From assembly GCA_038064675.1 (NCBI GenBank), contig JBBTSM010000008.1:167-44171 (forward strand): a stretch of 44,005 nucleotides of DNA, read 5' to 3'. The number at the start of each line of letters is the position of its first letter. Within the stretch, counting starts at the first letter, position 1. Source of the stretch: Patescibacteria group bacterium (GTDB lineage Bacteria > Patescibacteriota > Patescibacteriia > UBA9934). Both the position numbers and the translations under genes were made by a program. Below are positions 26,283-33,818 of the stretch, piece after piece. The notes beneath the pieces were generated by a model. That model was not told where the DNA came from, searched no databases, and was given only the letters and a program-made list of their open reading frames with translations.

Positions 26283-26642
26283 CTACAGGGATACGGATTT
26301 ACGGATCGCAACAAGAGAAAAGTAAATCTTTTCAGTCATACGATCAAGAACGAGAATATCATCACAACCTTCAAGATAACTTAAAGATTTGGCAATCTTG
26401 AGGCACGCGTCGACCTCAACGAGGGATCCGATAGAGATGTTCAGAAAACGAGCATATTCTTTTGGACTTTTGCGAGCGCTTCCTTCGGCGAGATTGAGAA
26501 GGATAGATGTTGCAGCCCGCCGAATCTGTGACGTAAGTCCATAACCTTCTTCTCGAGGAAAACTTTGTGAAATTCGATAAATGCCTTGAATACATTGATG
26601 GATAATAGGAACGATCCTTAAGTCTTCGTAGTGAAATTTCAT
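26283..26642 (-). CDS. four-helix-bundle protein (23S rRNA intervening-sequence protein family)
   Basis: Family-typical sequence: FPREEGYGLTSQIRRAATSILLNLAEGSARKSPKEYARFLNISIGSLVEVDACL. Start placed at ATG 26642, giving 119 aa. Visibly low GC: one sampled 60-nt line was 35%. Confidence 0.8.
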   Translation of the reverse strand: MKFHYEDLRIVPIIHQCIQGIYRISQSFPREEGYGLTSQIRRAATSILLNLAEGSARKSPKEYARFLNISIGSLVEVDACLKIAKSLSYLEGCDDILVLDRMTEKIYFSLVAIRKSVSL

Positions 26643-26726
26643 AATAACCGTTTTAAACGTTTTAACCGTCATCGAAAACGGCGGCGATGTTTCCATCCCC
26701 GCCGCTCGTTCGTCGTTCGTTGTCCC

Positions 26727-27950
26727 CTACGGGATGTCCACTTGCAAGGTGCAGCCGTCGCTCCCCGGATCATCCACCTTGGCCACCAGCACTTCCGCGC
26801 CGTTGTACGACGCGAGTGGCGTTCCGGTGAGCGCGCCCGCCGGGAAGGGACCGAGGCAGCTCCAGTTCTCCACACCATCGCTCGAGAAGGTGTAGGAGTA
26901 GCGGAAGCTGTCCCCCGAACCCGCGTCTGCGATGGCGAAGTAGAGCTCATCGCTCCAGGTGCTCCACGCGATGTTGGAGTTCCAGCCGTATCCGTAACCG
27001 CCCTCGTTCGTGAATTCGCCCGAGATCGTCGTCCAGTCCGCGCTGTCGTCCAGCCACCACCAGAGCTCCAGGCCGATGCCCGTGCCGTCGCTTGCTTCCG
27101 TCCCACCGATGTAGGTACCGGCCGCCGTGGAACCGTTGTTCGTGCACGACGACGGAAGACTGGTACTCGCGGCCTGGTTTGCGCCCTTGCACGTGAGCTT
27201 TCCCCAGCCGTACAGGCCGGAAGACACCGCGGGCGAGCTCGTTCCCGGGAACACTCCGAAGTGGAGGTGCGAGCTAGACGTTTTCTTCCACGAACTCGAA
27301 CTGGAGGTGCGGTCGTAGTCGTTCGCGATGACGCCGATGGTGTCGCCCGGTGTGTAGGATTTCCCCACCGTCACCGAAGAGCTGTACACCAGGTGTCCGT
27401 ACACCACCACGAACGGCGTACCGGCCGCGGTGTAGTGCTGCATGGCCACGCCCATGTTGCAGGTGCTCGCGCCGCCGTAGTCGTAGCCCCAGCCGGACGT
27501 GCACGTGGAGTTCTGCGAAGCGCTCACGGCGAGCACCGTTCCGACACCGATCGCGTACACGGAACTACCGCGCGACGCGCCAATGTCGGTACCGCTGTGA
27601 CAGGTATTCGTGTAGTAGCTCGTTCCGCACGCCCCGTAGCCGGCGTAGTCGTACGTGTCCTTCCACGCCGTCATGGAGTCGAGCGGGTACACGAATCCAT
27701 TCCCAGCCGTAGTCTTGGCGAAGCTGGCCGGTCCGCTGGCGTCGAGCAGTGCTCCGGTATCTGCCGCATCGTCCACGTTCAAAGCACCGCCGCTATCGGT
27801 ATCGTCTTCAATGACGAGTGCGATCCGACCAGCCTTCTCCCGATTCGCCTGACACTGATGGTCGCAGCACCCGTTCAGGCTTACGACGACCACGGTGAGG
27901 AATCCAATCCCCACCAACAACACAATCCGACCGATCATCACAACTCCCAT
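26727..27950 (-). CDS. secreted or membrane-anchored M23 family metallopeptidase
   Basis: HxxxD motif CHSGTDIGA, then YGHL, then the HxH motif SSHLHFGV. N-terminal anchor MGVVMIGRIVLLVGIGFLTVVVV begins at ATG 27950. Sampled lines are 63-67% GC with GC-rich third positions. The opposite-strand 445-aa ORF is Arg-rich antisense noise. Confidence 0.85.
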   Translation of the reverse strand: MGVVMIGRIVLLVGIGFLTVVVVSLNGCCDHQCQANREKAGRIALVIEDDTDSGGALNVDDAADTGALLDASGPASFAKTTAGNGFVYPLDSMTAWKDTYDYAGYGACGTSYYTNTCHSGTDIGASRGSSVYAIGVGTVLAVSASQNSTCTSGWGYDYGGASTCNMGVAMQHYTAAGTPFVVVYGHLVYSSSVTVGKSYTPGDTIGVIANDYDRTSSSSSWKKTSSSHLHFGVFPGTSSPAVSSGLYGWGKLTCKGANQAASTSLPSSCTNNGSTAAGTYIGGTEASDGTGIGLELWWWLDDSADWTTISGEFTNEGGYGYGWNSNIAWSTWSDELYFAIADAGSGDSFRYSYTFSSDGVENWSCLGPFPAGALTGTPLASYNGAEVLVAKVDDPGSDGCTLQVDIP

Positions 27951-28279
27951 GTCTGTGTTTTGGGATAGCCTTTGACCAGAACGATCGCAACGTCCCTGTT
28001 TCCTGGTGACTCGGAAACAGTGACGAACGATGTATAAAAGACCAAGAGCGCTGAGACGACTCGGAGAAGAAAGTGTCCCCACTATTTCCCTTCTCCGAGC
28101 CGCGGAGAACCTGACCATTACGCCGGCAAGAAATCCGCCTAAGGATGTTCTTGGATCGCACGCAACCGACCGATCGCTCCCTAGAAATTCTCTTTTGCCG
28201 ACGGCCGTCGGCGCCGCACAGAACTGTTCTGCACCTATCGTGCCAAGCATTCGCATTCTCCTCAAATGGTTTTCGTCTG

Positions 28280-28322
28280 AAAAAATACAACACCGTCGGA
28301 GCTATTCCGACGGTGTTGTATT
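28280..28322 (-). terminator. intrinsic terminator downstream of glyQS
   Basis: A 17-bp perfect stem AATACAACACCGTCGGA / TCCGACGGTGTTGTATT with a 5-nt loop, followed by a run of six U in the minus-strand transcript. Confidence 0.8.
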
Positions 28323-28389
28323 TACGATCATTTCCCCTCACTATCGTTGCAATTTTGTGTCGGAGCACGTCCGACGACAACTGTGGATA

Positions 28390-29796
28390 TTATTTTCCGA
28401 ACTGTTCTTTCGACAAATACTTCGCAACATCCGCGATTGCAATTCGTCCACCTTCACCAACTTGCTCCATCGAATCACGATGACGAAGCGTCACTGTCCC
28501 ATTCTCGAGCGTGTCGTAATCGATCGTGACACACCACGGTGTACCAATCTCGTCTTGTCGGCGGTAGCGCTTACCGATGGATCCGCTCTCGTCGTAATCG
28601 GCCGAGATTCCTTGCTTGCGGAGACCTTCGTACAATTCCCATGCTTTATCCGCGAGGCCATCTTTCTTCATGAGCGGAAGAATCGCAATCTTGAACGGCG
28701 CGAGGTCGTACGGCGCTCCGAAAACGATACGCGTCTCCTTTTCTCCCTTTGCCGTCGTTACCTCTTCCTCGCGATAGAACTCGAACAATGTAAGTAAGAA
28801 TAATCGATTGAATCCGCCGGAACATTCCACAATGAATGGATTGTAGCGTTCCTTTGTTTCTGGATCGAAGTAGCTCAAGTCTTCCCCACTAAACTTTGCA
28901 TGGCTGTCGAGGTCGTAGCTTCCACGATGATGAACCCCTTCAACTTCTTTAAACCCGATCTCGCCGAATTTGTATTCAATATCCCATGCGTCTTGTGCGT
29001 AGAATGCACGCTCATCAAGTTCGTGCTGGCGCCAACGAACATTCTCCTCCTTTAACCCAATGCACTTGGTGTAAAAATCCCATCGATTCGCTTTCCACGC
29101 TTCGTACTGCGCATCGGCTTCCGCCGGCTTACAGAAAAACTGCACATCCATTTGTTCAAACTCGCGTGTACGGAACAAAAACTGCTTCACCGTAATTTCG
29201 TTGCGGAACGCCTTACCGATCTGCGCGATTCCGAATGGAAGCTTTCGTCGCGTTACCATCTGTGTTGCTTTCCAATCGAGATAGATATTCTGGCAGCTTT
29301 CGCCTTTTAGGTAAACGAGAGACGATTCATCCTCGACAGGACCAAGGTGCGTCTTCACCAAAAGGTTAAAGCGCTTTGCCTTGGAAACTGGATTCCCGTC
29401 TGGACTCTTGATCTTGTGTTCGGCGATAACATCATCGACCTGTTCTGGAGTGAGCGCTCCAGCATTTTCCATCACACCAGCATCTTCAATGAGATGATCC
29501 GCACGGAATCGACGATGAGAAATAAGGTCTTCAACAAGGAGATCGGAGAACCCACCAATGTGGCCGCTCGCTTCCCATACCTTTGGGTGCATAAAAATCG
29601 CGCCCTCAATTTCCACCATATCGGTGCGGCTCGTGACGTTCCAATAGCGCCACGCAGCCTCGAGATTCTTCTTGAGCAACATTCCCACTGGGCCAAAGTC
29701 GTATGTTGCCGCAAATCCACCGTAAATATCGCTCGACGGGAAGACAAAGCCTTTTTGTGTGGAAAAATTGACGATGGTTTCAAGATTGGTGGACAT
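28390..29796 (-). CDS. glyQS: glycine--tRNA ligase (alpha2 homodimeric type)
   Basis: N-terminus MSTNLETIVNFSTQKGFVFPSSDIYGGFAATYDFGPVG. Class II motifs FRNEI and the GxGxGxxR-like GGFNRL region. C-terminal anticodon-binding domain (IAILPL...). Confidence 0.95.
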   Translation of the reverse strand: MSTNLETIVNFSTQKGFVFPSSDIYGGFAATYDFGPVGMLLKKNLEAAWRYWNVTSRTDMVEIEGAIFMHPKVWEASGHIGGFSDLLVEDLISHRRFRADHLIEDAGVMENAGALTPEQVDDVIAEHKIKSPDGNPVSKAKRFNLLVKTHLGPVEDESSLVYLKGESCQNIYLDWKATQMVTRRKLPFGIAQIGKAFRNEITVKQFLFRTREFEQMDVQFFCKPAEADAQYEAWKANRWDFYTKCIGLKEENVRWRQHELDERAFYAQDAWDIEYKFGEIGFKEVEGVHHRGSYDLDSHAKFSGEDLSYFDPETKERYNPFIVECSGGFNRLFLLTLFEFYREEEVTTAKGEKETRIVFGAPYDLAPFKIAILPLMKKDGLADKAWELYEGLRKQGISADYDESGSIGKRYRRQDEIGTPWCVTIDYDTLENGTVTLRHRDSMEQVGEGGRIAIADVAKYLSKEQFGK

Positions 29797-29869
29797 AGTG
29801 CCCCGAGTGTATCGAAAGTGGCGGAAATATGGAAGTCGGTTCTATACTGAAATATCCTAACCTTCTCCT

Positions 29870-30361
29870 ATGCAAGTCGCTCTCGATCCAAACGCAATAC
29901 CAAAGATTCCCGGTGCAAAAATCGCGATCCTACAGTCCAAATGGTACAAGGAGCAGCTCGATAGTATGTCCAAAAAGTGCATTGAGATGTTGGTTGTCGC
30001 GGACTGTCCGCAGCCGGAATTTTACGTTCTTCCAGGTTCTTGGGAACTCCCCCTCGCTGCACAAACCATCATTCGCAGCGCACCAAAGGATAAACCGTAC
30101 GATGCGATCATCGTCTTTGGAGCAATTATGAAAGGCGAAACGTATCACTTTGAAATGATCGCCGACGCTTGCAGCAGAGACTTCGGCAAGGTAATGCTGG
30201 AAGAAGGTGTGCCGATTATTAACGAAGTGATCCCTATCACAAAAATGGAACAACTCATTGCCCGCAGTACAAACGACGGATTCAACAAAGGCATCGAGGC
30301 CGCCCTTGCCGCAGCAGAGATCATTACATGGCGCAGAGAACTAGCGCAACGAACGAGATAA
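29870..30361 (+). CDS. ribH: 6,7-dimethyl-8-ribityllumazine synthase family protein
   Basis: It aligns by eye with B. subtilis RibH: KIAILQSKW, LPGSWELPLAAQ, YDAIIVFGAIMKGETYHFEMIADA, GVPIINEVI, NKGIEAALAAAEI. Confidence 0.85.
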   Translation: MQVALDPNAIPKIPGAKIAILQSKWYKEQLDSMSKKCIEMLVVADCPQPEFYVLPGSWELPLAAQTIIRSAPKDKPYDAIIVFGAIMKGETYHFEMIADACSRDFGKVMLEEGVPIINEVIPITKMEQLIARSTNDGFNKGIEAALAAAEIITWRRELAQRTR

Positions 30362-30369
30362 GATCAGAC

Positions 30370-30399
30370 TACAAAACCCCGAACAATCGGGGTTTTGTA
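30370..30399. terminator. hairpin between the convergent ribH and NUDIX genes (copy 1 of a duplicated hairpin)
   Basis: A 12-bp perfect stem TACAAAACCCCG / CGGGGTTTTGTA with a 6-nt loop, followed by TTTCT on the plus strand. Confidence 0.65.
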
Positions 30400-30402
30400 T
30401 TT

Positions 30403-30843
30403 CTAGATTAATAAATCTAGCGAACGCAGAACATCATGAGCGATCGGCGCAACGCTATTCGCCAGAAGAGGAGTCGTCATCCATTGCGCGCCTTCTGAAT
30501 CGTGCCCGTCAGGACCGTGTTTCAGATTCGTAGCATCGAGTTCTACCGTGGTATACAGCGCGACATGATGAAAGGCCTTTCCCTCGCCTTCCGACGTCCA
30601 TTGACACTGATACTCGCTCGCACAAACCGGCGTTTGGTTTAAAACTATCGCCCCAGTTTCCTCGTCGAATTCACGACGTAGCGCTTCCGCGAATGTCTCC
30701 CCTGGCTCCATCTTCCCACCTGGCAGATCCAACAACCCCTTATATGGTCCGCGGCCCTTTCGAATCATCAAAACCTTTCCGTCTTGAACACAGATTCCGT
30801 AAATACCTAAGTGAATTTTTGATGGGACCGTCGTCGTGTTCAT
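30403..30843 (-). CDS. NUDIX hydrolase
   Basis: Nudix box GGKMEPGETFAEALRREFDEETG. The ATG at 30843 overlaps the upstream TGA stop as ATGA. Confidence 0.88.
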   Translation of the reverse strand: MNTTTVPSKIHLGIYGICVQDGKVLMIRKGRGPYKGLLDLPGGKMEPGETFAEALRREFDEETGAIVLNQTPVCASEYQCQWTSEGEGKAFHHVALYTTVELDATNLKHGPDGHDSEGAQWMTTPLLANSVAPIAHDVLRSLDLLI

Positions 30844-31925
30844 AAAATGCAATCATGAGTAAAAAAGTTCATGAGTCGGACCCGCTTAGACTCTCTCAGG
30901 CCCTGTACCGTGCGGACCGCAGAGAGCGACAGAGCTCCGTACTCATCATCGCTCATGACCTCTGTATAAAGTAACACGTCAAGTAGATCCGCGCTTGTAT
31001 CAAAAAGAAATCCATTCACACCATGTTGAATAATATCCTTGTGTCCGTCGATGCGAGACAGAATCGGAACCACCCCCTGAGACATCGCCTCAAGAATAGA
31101 AAATGGCATACCCTCAATAACGCTGGAGGAAAGAATGAAGCGCGTTGCGGCAAGATGCGAAAAAGCCTGTTCGTTGGGGATATTGCCTAAAAATGTAAAT
31201 TCAGAGTATTTCTTCTTCAAAATGGGGAGCTCTTCTCCGTCGCCAATGACCAATGTCTTCTGCTCAAGATTCAACAATTGCAACGCCTTCAAGCTTTCTC
31301 CAACGCGCTTGTCCCGCGATATGCGCGAAAGAATAATATATGAATTCTTACGCTCCCGGGCCGTCACCTTTCGAAATGGAATCGCATTTGGATTCAAACG
31401 TATCCTTGAGGATGGAATGTGATACGTATCTTCAAGTTTAAATGTCTCAGAGGATCCGCACGCAAAATACCACGAACAATATCGCGCAAGAACACGTTCA
31501 AAAAACGCGTCTGGAAAACGGACGCTCCACTTCTTATGGATAGTGTCAAAGCCCTGGGGAACGTGAATGAGCCGACGAATGCCGCCAAAAAGATAGAGAA
31601 TTCTTGCGAGCTTTCCAGCATACCCGCCATAGCTCATCACTACATCATAAGAGGAATTCGCGAAGTGCTTTCTGGATCGAAAAATATCAGCGATGAGAAA
31701 ACGATATTTTCTTCGAAGTGGGGTAAATTCAACCTTCCCGAATCGCGAGAACTCCAATATATTTTTCTCTCGCCTCTCTCCGTAACGGTCTCGTGCGGTA
31801 CTTGGTAAAAAATACGTTATTTCAAAACCCATGTCTTTTAAAACTCTCGAATCCTCAATAATGGACCGAAGGATTCCAGAATACGGTCCCTCGGTGATTA
31901 TCGCGATTTTATTTCTCTTCCTCAT
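30840..31925 (-). CDS. glycosyltransferase, GT-B fold (GT4 / Glycos_transf_1 type)
   Basis: C-terminal domain motif ILSSSVIEGMPFSILEAMSQGVVPILSRIDGHKDIIQHGVNGFLF. The start is ambiguous between ATG 31925 and ATG 31949. Confidence 0.85.
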   Translation of the reverse strand: MRKRNKIAIITEGPYSGILRSIIEDSRVLKDMGFEITYFLPSTARDRYGERREKNILEFSRFGKVEFTPLRRKYRFLIADIFRSRKHFANSSYDVVMSYGGYAGKLARILYLFGGIRRLIHVPQGFDTIHKKWSVRFPDAFFERVLARYCSWYFACGSSETFKLEDTYHIPSSRIRLNPNAIPFRKVTARERKNSYIILSRISRDKRVGESLKALQLLNLEQKTLVIGDGEELPILKKKYSEFTFLGNIPNEQAFSHLAATRFILSSSVIEGMPFSILEAMSQGVVPILSRIDGHKDIIQHGVNGFLFDTSADLLDVLLYTEVMSDDEYGALSLSAVRTVQGLRESKRVRLMNFFTHDCIL

Positions 31926-32754
31926 AAAGACTTTGCACAAAACATACATCCGCCATCACCTTTGCCTCATATCCTTCTGGCTTTCGTGTCACAAATGACA
32001 TCGCATGCTCCAATGGAATGATCGGCAAAAAAACTCGAACTCTTTCTTCGATCTCTTTTGCAGACATTCCCGATTCTTGTGCGTACGAGTCGATGACATA
32101 CTTCACAACCTCATCCCTATTCAAGCGACGGTCGACGACAGCATCGTAAATAACCTTTGCCAAATCCTGAGCAGGATCACTAACATCGGAAAACTCCCAG
32201 TCGATAAGCGTAGGCTTCATGGTGTCTATCCCGAATAAAAGATGTCTCGCACGAAGATCTCTATGCACGACAGAAAAGTATTTCGTTTTTAGCGCTTCAA
32301 TTTTTTTCTCCATCCACAGAACAACATCTCCAGAAATCTCAAATTCAGTTCCTTCAAGAGCAGCGATCTTTTGTTGGGCCCGCCTCTTTGTATAAGCACT
32401 ATATTCAGACGCGCTGGCCCCGCCCCGAACGTGAGGCTGATCTGTTCGAATAAGGCGATGCAGTTCCAATGCACTCTTAATGAGCCGGTCCGTCATAACT
32501 GCCTCTGACGGACCCGAGGCCACGTCTATGTATCCCATTTTGATCCAACCCTCCTCTACGGAAGCGCTCCGTACCTCGGGAACAGCAAATGCCCTGCACG
32601 AACGTAATATCGAGGATGTAAGCCAGCCAATCTCGTTCTTGATTTCCTCGCCATCTGGTTTATACCGTTTCAAGAAATATGCGATACCACCCTCTTCAAT
32701 CTTTTGGGTTTCATGCCACTGTGTAAGCGAGCCTTCTTTAAGGTGTTCAGCCAT
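31909..32754 (-). CDS. APH / choline-kinase-like phosphotransferase fold protein
   Basis: Catalytic-loop-like VVHRDLRARHLLF and the metal-binding segment LIDWEFSDVSDPAQDLA. Start placed at ATG 32754, because the longer ORF to 32889 reads through a perfect 15-bp hairpin. Confidence 0.7.
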   Translation of the reverse strand: MAEHLKEGSLTQWHETQKIEEGGIAYFLKRYKPDGEEIKNEIGWLTSSILRSCRAFAVPEVRSASVEEGWIKMGYIDVASGPSEAVMTDRLIKSALELHRLIRTDQPHVRGGASASEYSAYTKRRAQQKIAALEGTEFEISGDVVLWMEKKIEALKTKYFSVVHRDLRARHLLFGIDTMKPTLIDWEFSDVSDPAQDLAKVIYDAVVDRRLNRDEVVKYVIDSYAQESGMSAKEIEERVRVFLPIIPLEHAMSFVTRKPEGYEAKVMADVCFVQSLYEEEK

Positions 32755-32838
32755 ATAGATTAGGGTTCTAGACCGATATCGATTCAGATGTTCACACCGT
32801 ATCTTACACCCTCCTTCATATACACGATCAAATACGCC

Positions 32839-32874
32839 AATCACAAAACCCCGGACAATCGGGGTTTTGTGATT
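32839..32874. repeat. copy 2 of the duplicated hairpin, upstream of the kinase-like gene
   Basis: A 15-bp perfect stem AATCACAAAACCCCG / CGGGGTTTTGTGATT with a 6-nt loop. The core ACAAAACCCCG-R-ACAATCGGGGTTTTGT differs from the hairpin at 30370-30399 at one position. Confidence 0.8.
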
Positions 32875-33043
32875 CTTAATCTCTTCCAAAGCCTATAGAT
32901 GAGGCCATTTTTCAAGCAACTTATCCACTTTTTCACTCTTTTCCTTTACTTTCTCCAATTTTCTGCTATTATCACCATGCAAGGTGCTAACCAGCACGTG
33001 CTCAACTTACGGTTCTAGGCGGTAATACCCGCCGGAGGTTCAC

Positions 33044-33754
33044 ATGTTCCTTTTCCTCATCGCGATCATCGCCTGCGCCGACGTCTCCGAAAACGGGAAC
33101 AATGGCGGCTGCGTCGAGAACTGCGGCACGGTCGATCCGGCTTCCGAAGCCGAACTCGTCGTGACCGCAAGCTTCCTCGGCGTGGCCGAGAATAGCGACG
33201 TGGTGATCGACAACGAGATTGCTGGCAGCACCGGCGAAACGATCACGATCTCCGATGGGATTCCCACGGAAGTCGAGGTCGGGATCCTCGACGGTCCTAC
33301 CACCACGGACGGAATTCCCCTCCACATGCTTGGTCCCTCGTGGAACGAGACCGTGTGGGAAGGATCCTCCGTGGTCGCGCCGAAGCAGACCGTGACCGGA
33401 AACCTCGCCGAACCCCAGACTGTCACCGCCGGATTCAACCTCTGGCGCCCCGACGAGTACTGGACGTGCGATGAGGTTCGGTCGTGGGAAGACGGAGTAC
33501 ACCCCGGAACGCCTGCGATGACAGCCTACACCGGTGGAAGTTCCTTCCACATGCCGGGTGTCGGCGTCATGGTCATCGATGGCGTCGAGCTCTCGATCGA
33601 AGATCACACGAGCGGCGAGTTCACCTCGCCGATCACCGCAACCGTCGTCGCAGTTCAAGACGAGGCCGGCGAGTTCTACGTCACCTCGACGTGCTTCACG
33701 AGCGACGGGAACGGCAACAAGGTCGATGCGGACGGCAACATCGTCTCCGAGTAG
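33044..33754 (+). CDS. putative secreted lipoprotein (236 aa), high-GC foreign-looking gene
   Basis: Signal peptide with a lipobox-like MFLFLIAIIAC-AD. Acidic Thr/Gly/Val-rich mature part. A GGAGG sequence sits 7 nt upstream of the ATG, and its own terminator follows. Third codon positions are strongly GC-rich. The opposite-strand 264-aa ORF is Arg/Gly/Asp-rich antisense noise. Confidence 0.7.
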   Translation: MFLFLIAIIACADVSENGNNGGCVENCGTVDPASEAELVVTASFLGVAENSDVVIDNEIAGSTGETITISDGIPTEVEVGILDGPTTTDGIPLHMLGPSWNETVWEGSSVVAPKQTVTGNLAEPQTVTAGFNLWRPDEYWTCDEVRSWEDGVHPGTPAMTAYTGGSSFHMPGVGVMVIDGVELSIEDHTSGEFTSPITATVVAVQDEAGEFYVTSTCFTSDGNGNKVDADGNIVSE

Positions 33755-33783
33755 ACCCACCGCAAGGAGAGCGGTGAACACGA

Positions 33784-33818
33784 GCGGCGGACCCATTGGG
33801 CCCGCCGTTCTTCGTTTC
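33784..33818 (+). terminator. intrinsic terminator after the lipoprotein gene
   Basis: GC-rich stem GCGGCGGACCC / GGGCCCGCCG with one mismatch and a 3-nt loop, followed by TTCTTCGTTTC. Confidence 0.6.

Noticed and set aside
26631-27968. A 445-aa plus-strand ORF opposite the M23 peptidase gene.
   Set aside because: It is Arg-rich (RRRR, HRHRR) antisense noise, as expected in about 65% GC DNA. The minus frame carries intact M23 motifs and a signal anchor.
27951-28265. A 105-codon in-frame extension upstream of the M23 peptidase start.
   Set aside because: The Arg-rich sequence lacks a signal. The hydrophobic anchor begins right at the ATG at 27950, and the high-GC composition starts only near 27900.
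32755-32889. N-terminal extension of the kinase-like ORF (MEEIKNHKTPIVRGFVIG...).
   Set aside because: The extension is encoded by the perfect 15-bp hairpin repeat and the surrounding spacer. The ATG at 32754 gives a normal-length APH-fold protein.
33002-33796. A 264-aa minus-strand ORF opposite the lipoprotein gene.
   Set aside because: Its Arg/Gly/Asp-rich composition has no signal or motif. The plus frame has GGAGG, a lipobox signal, GC-rich third positions and a downstream terminator.
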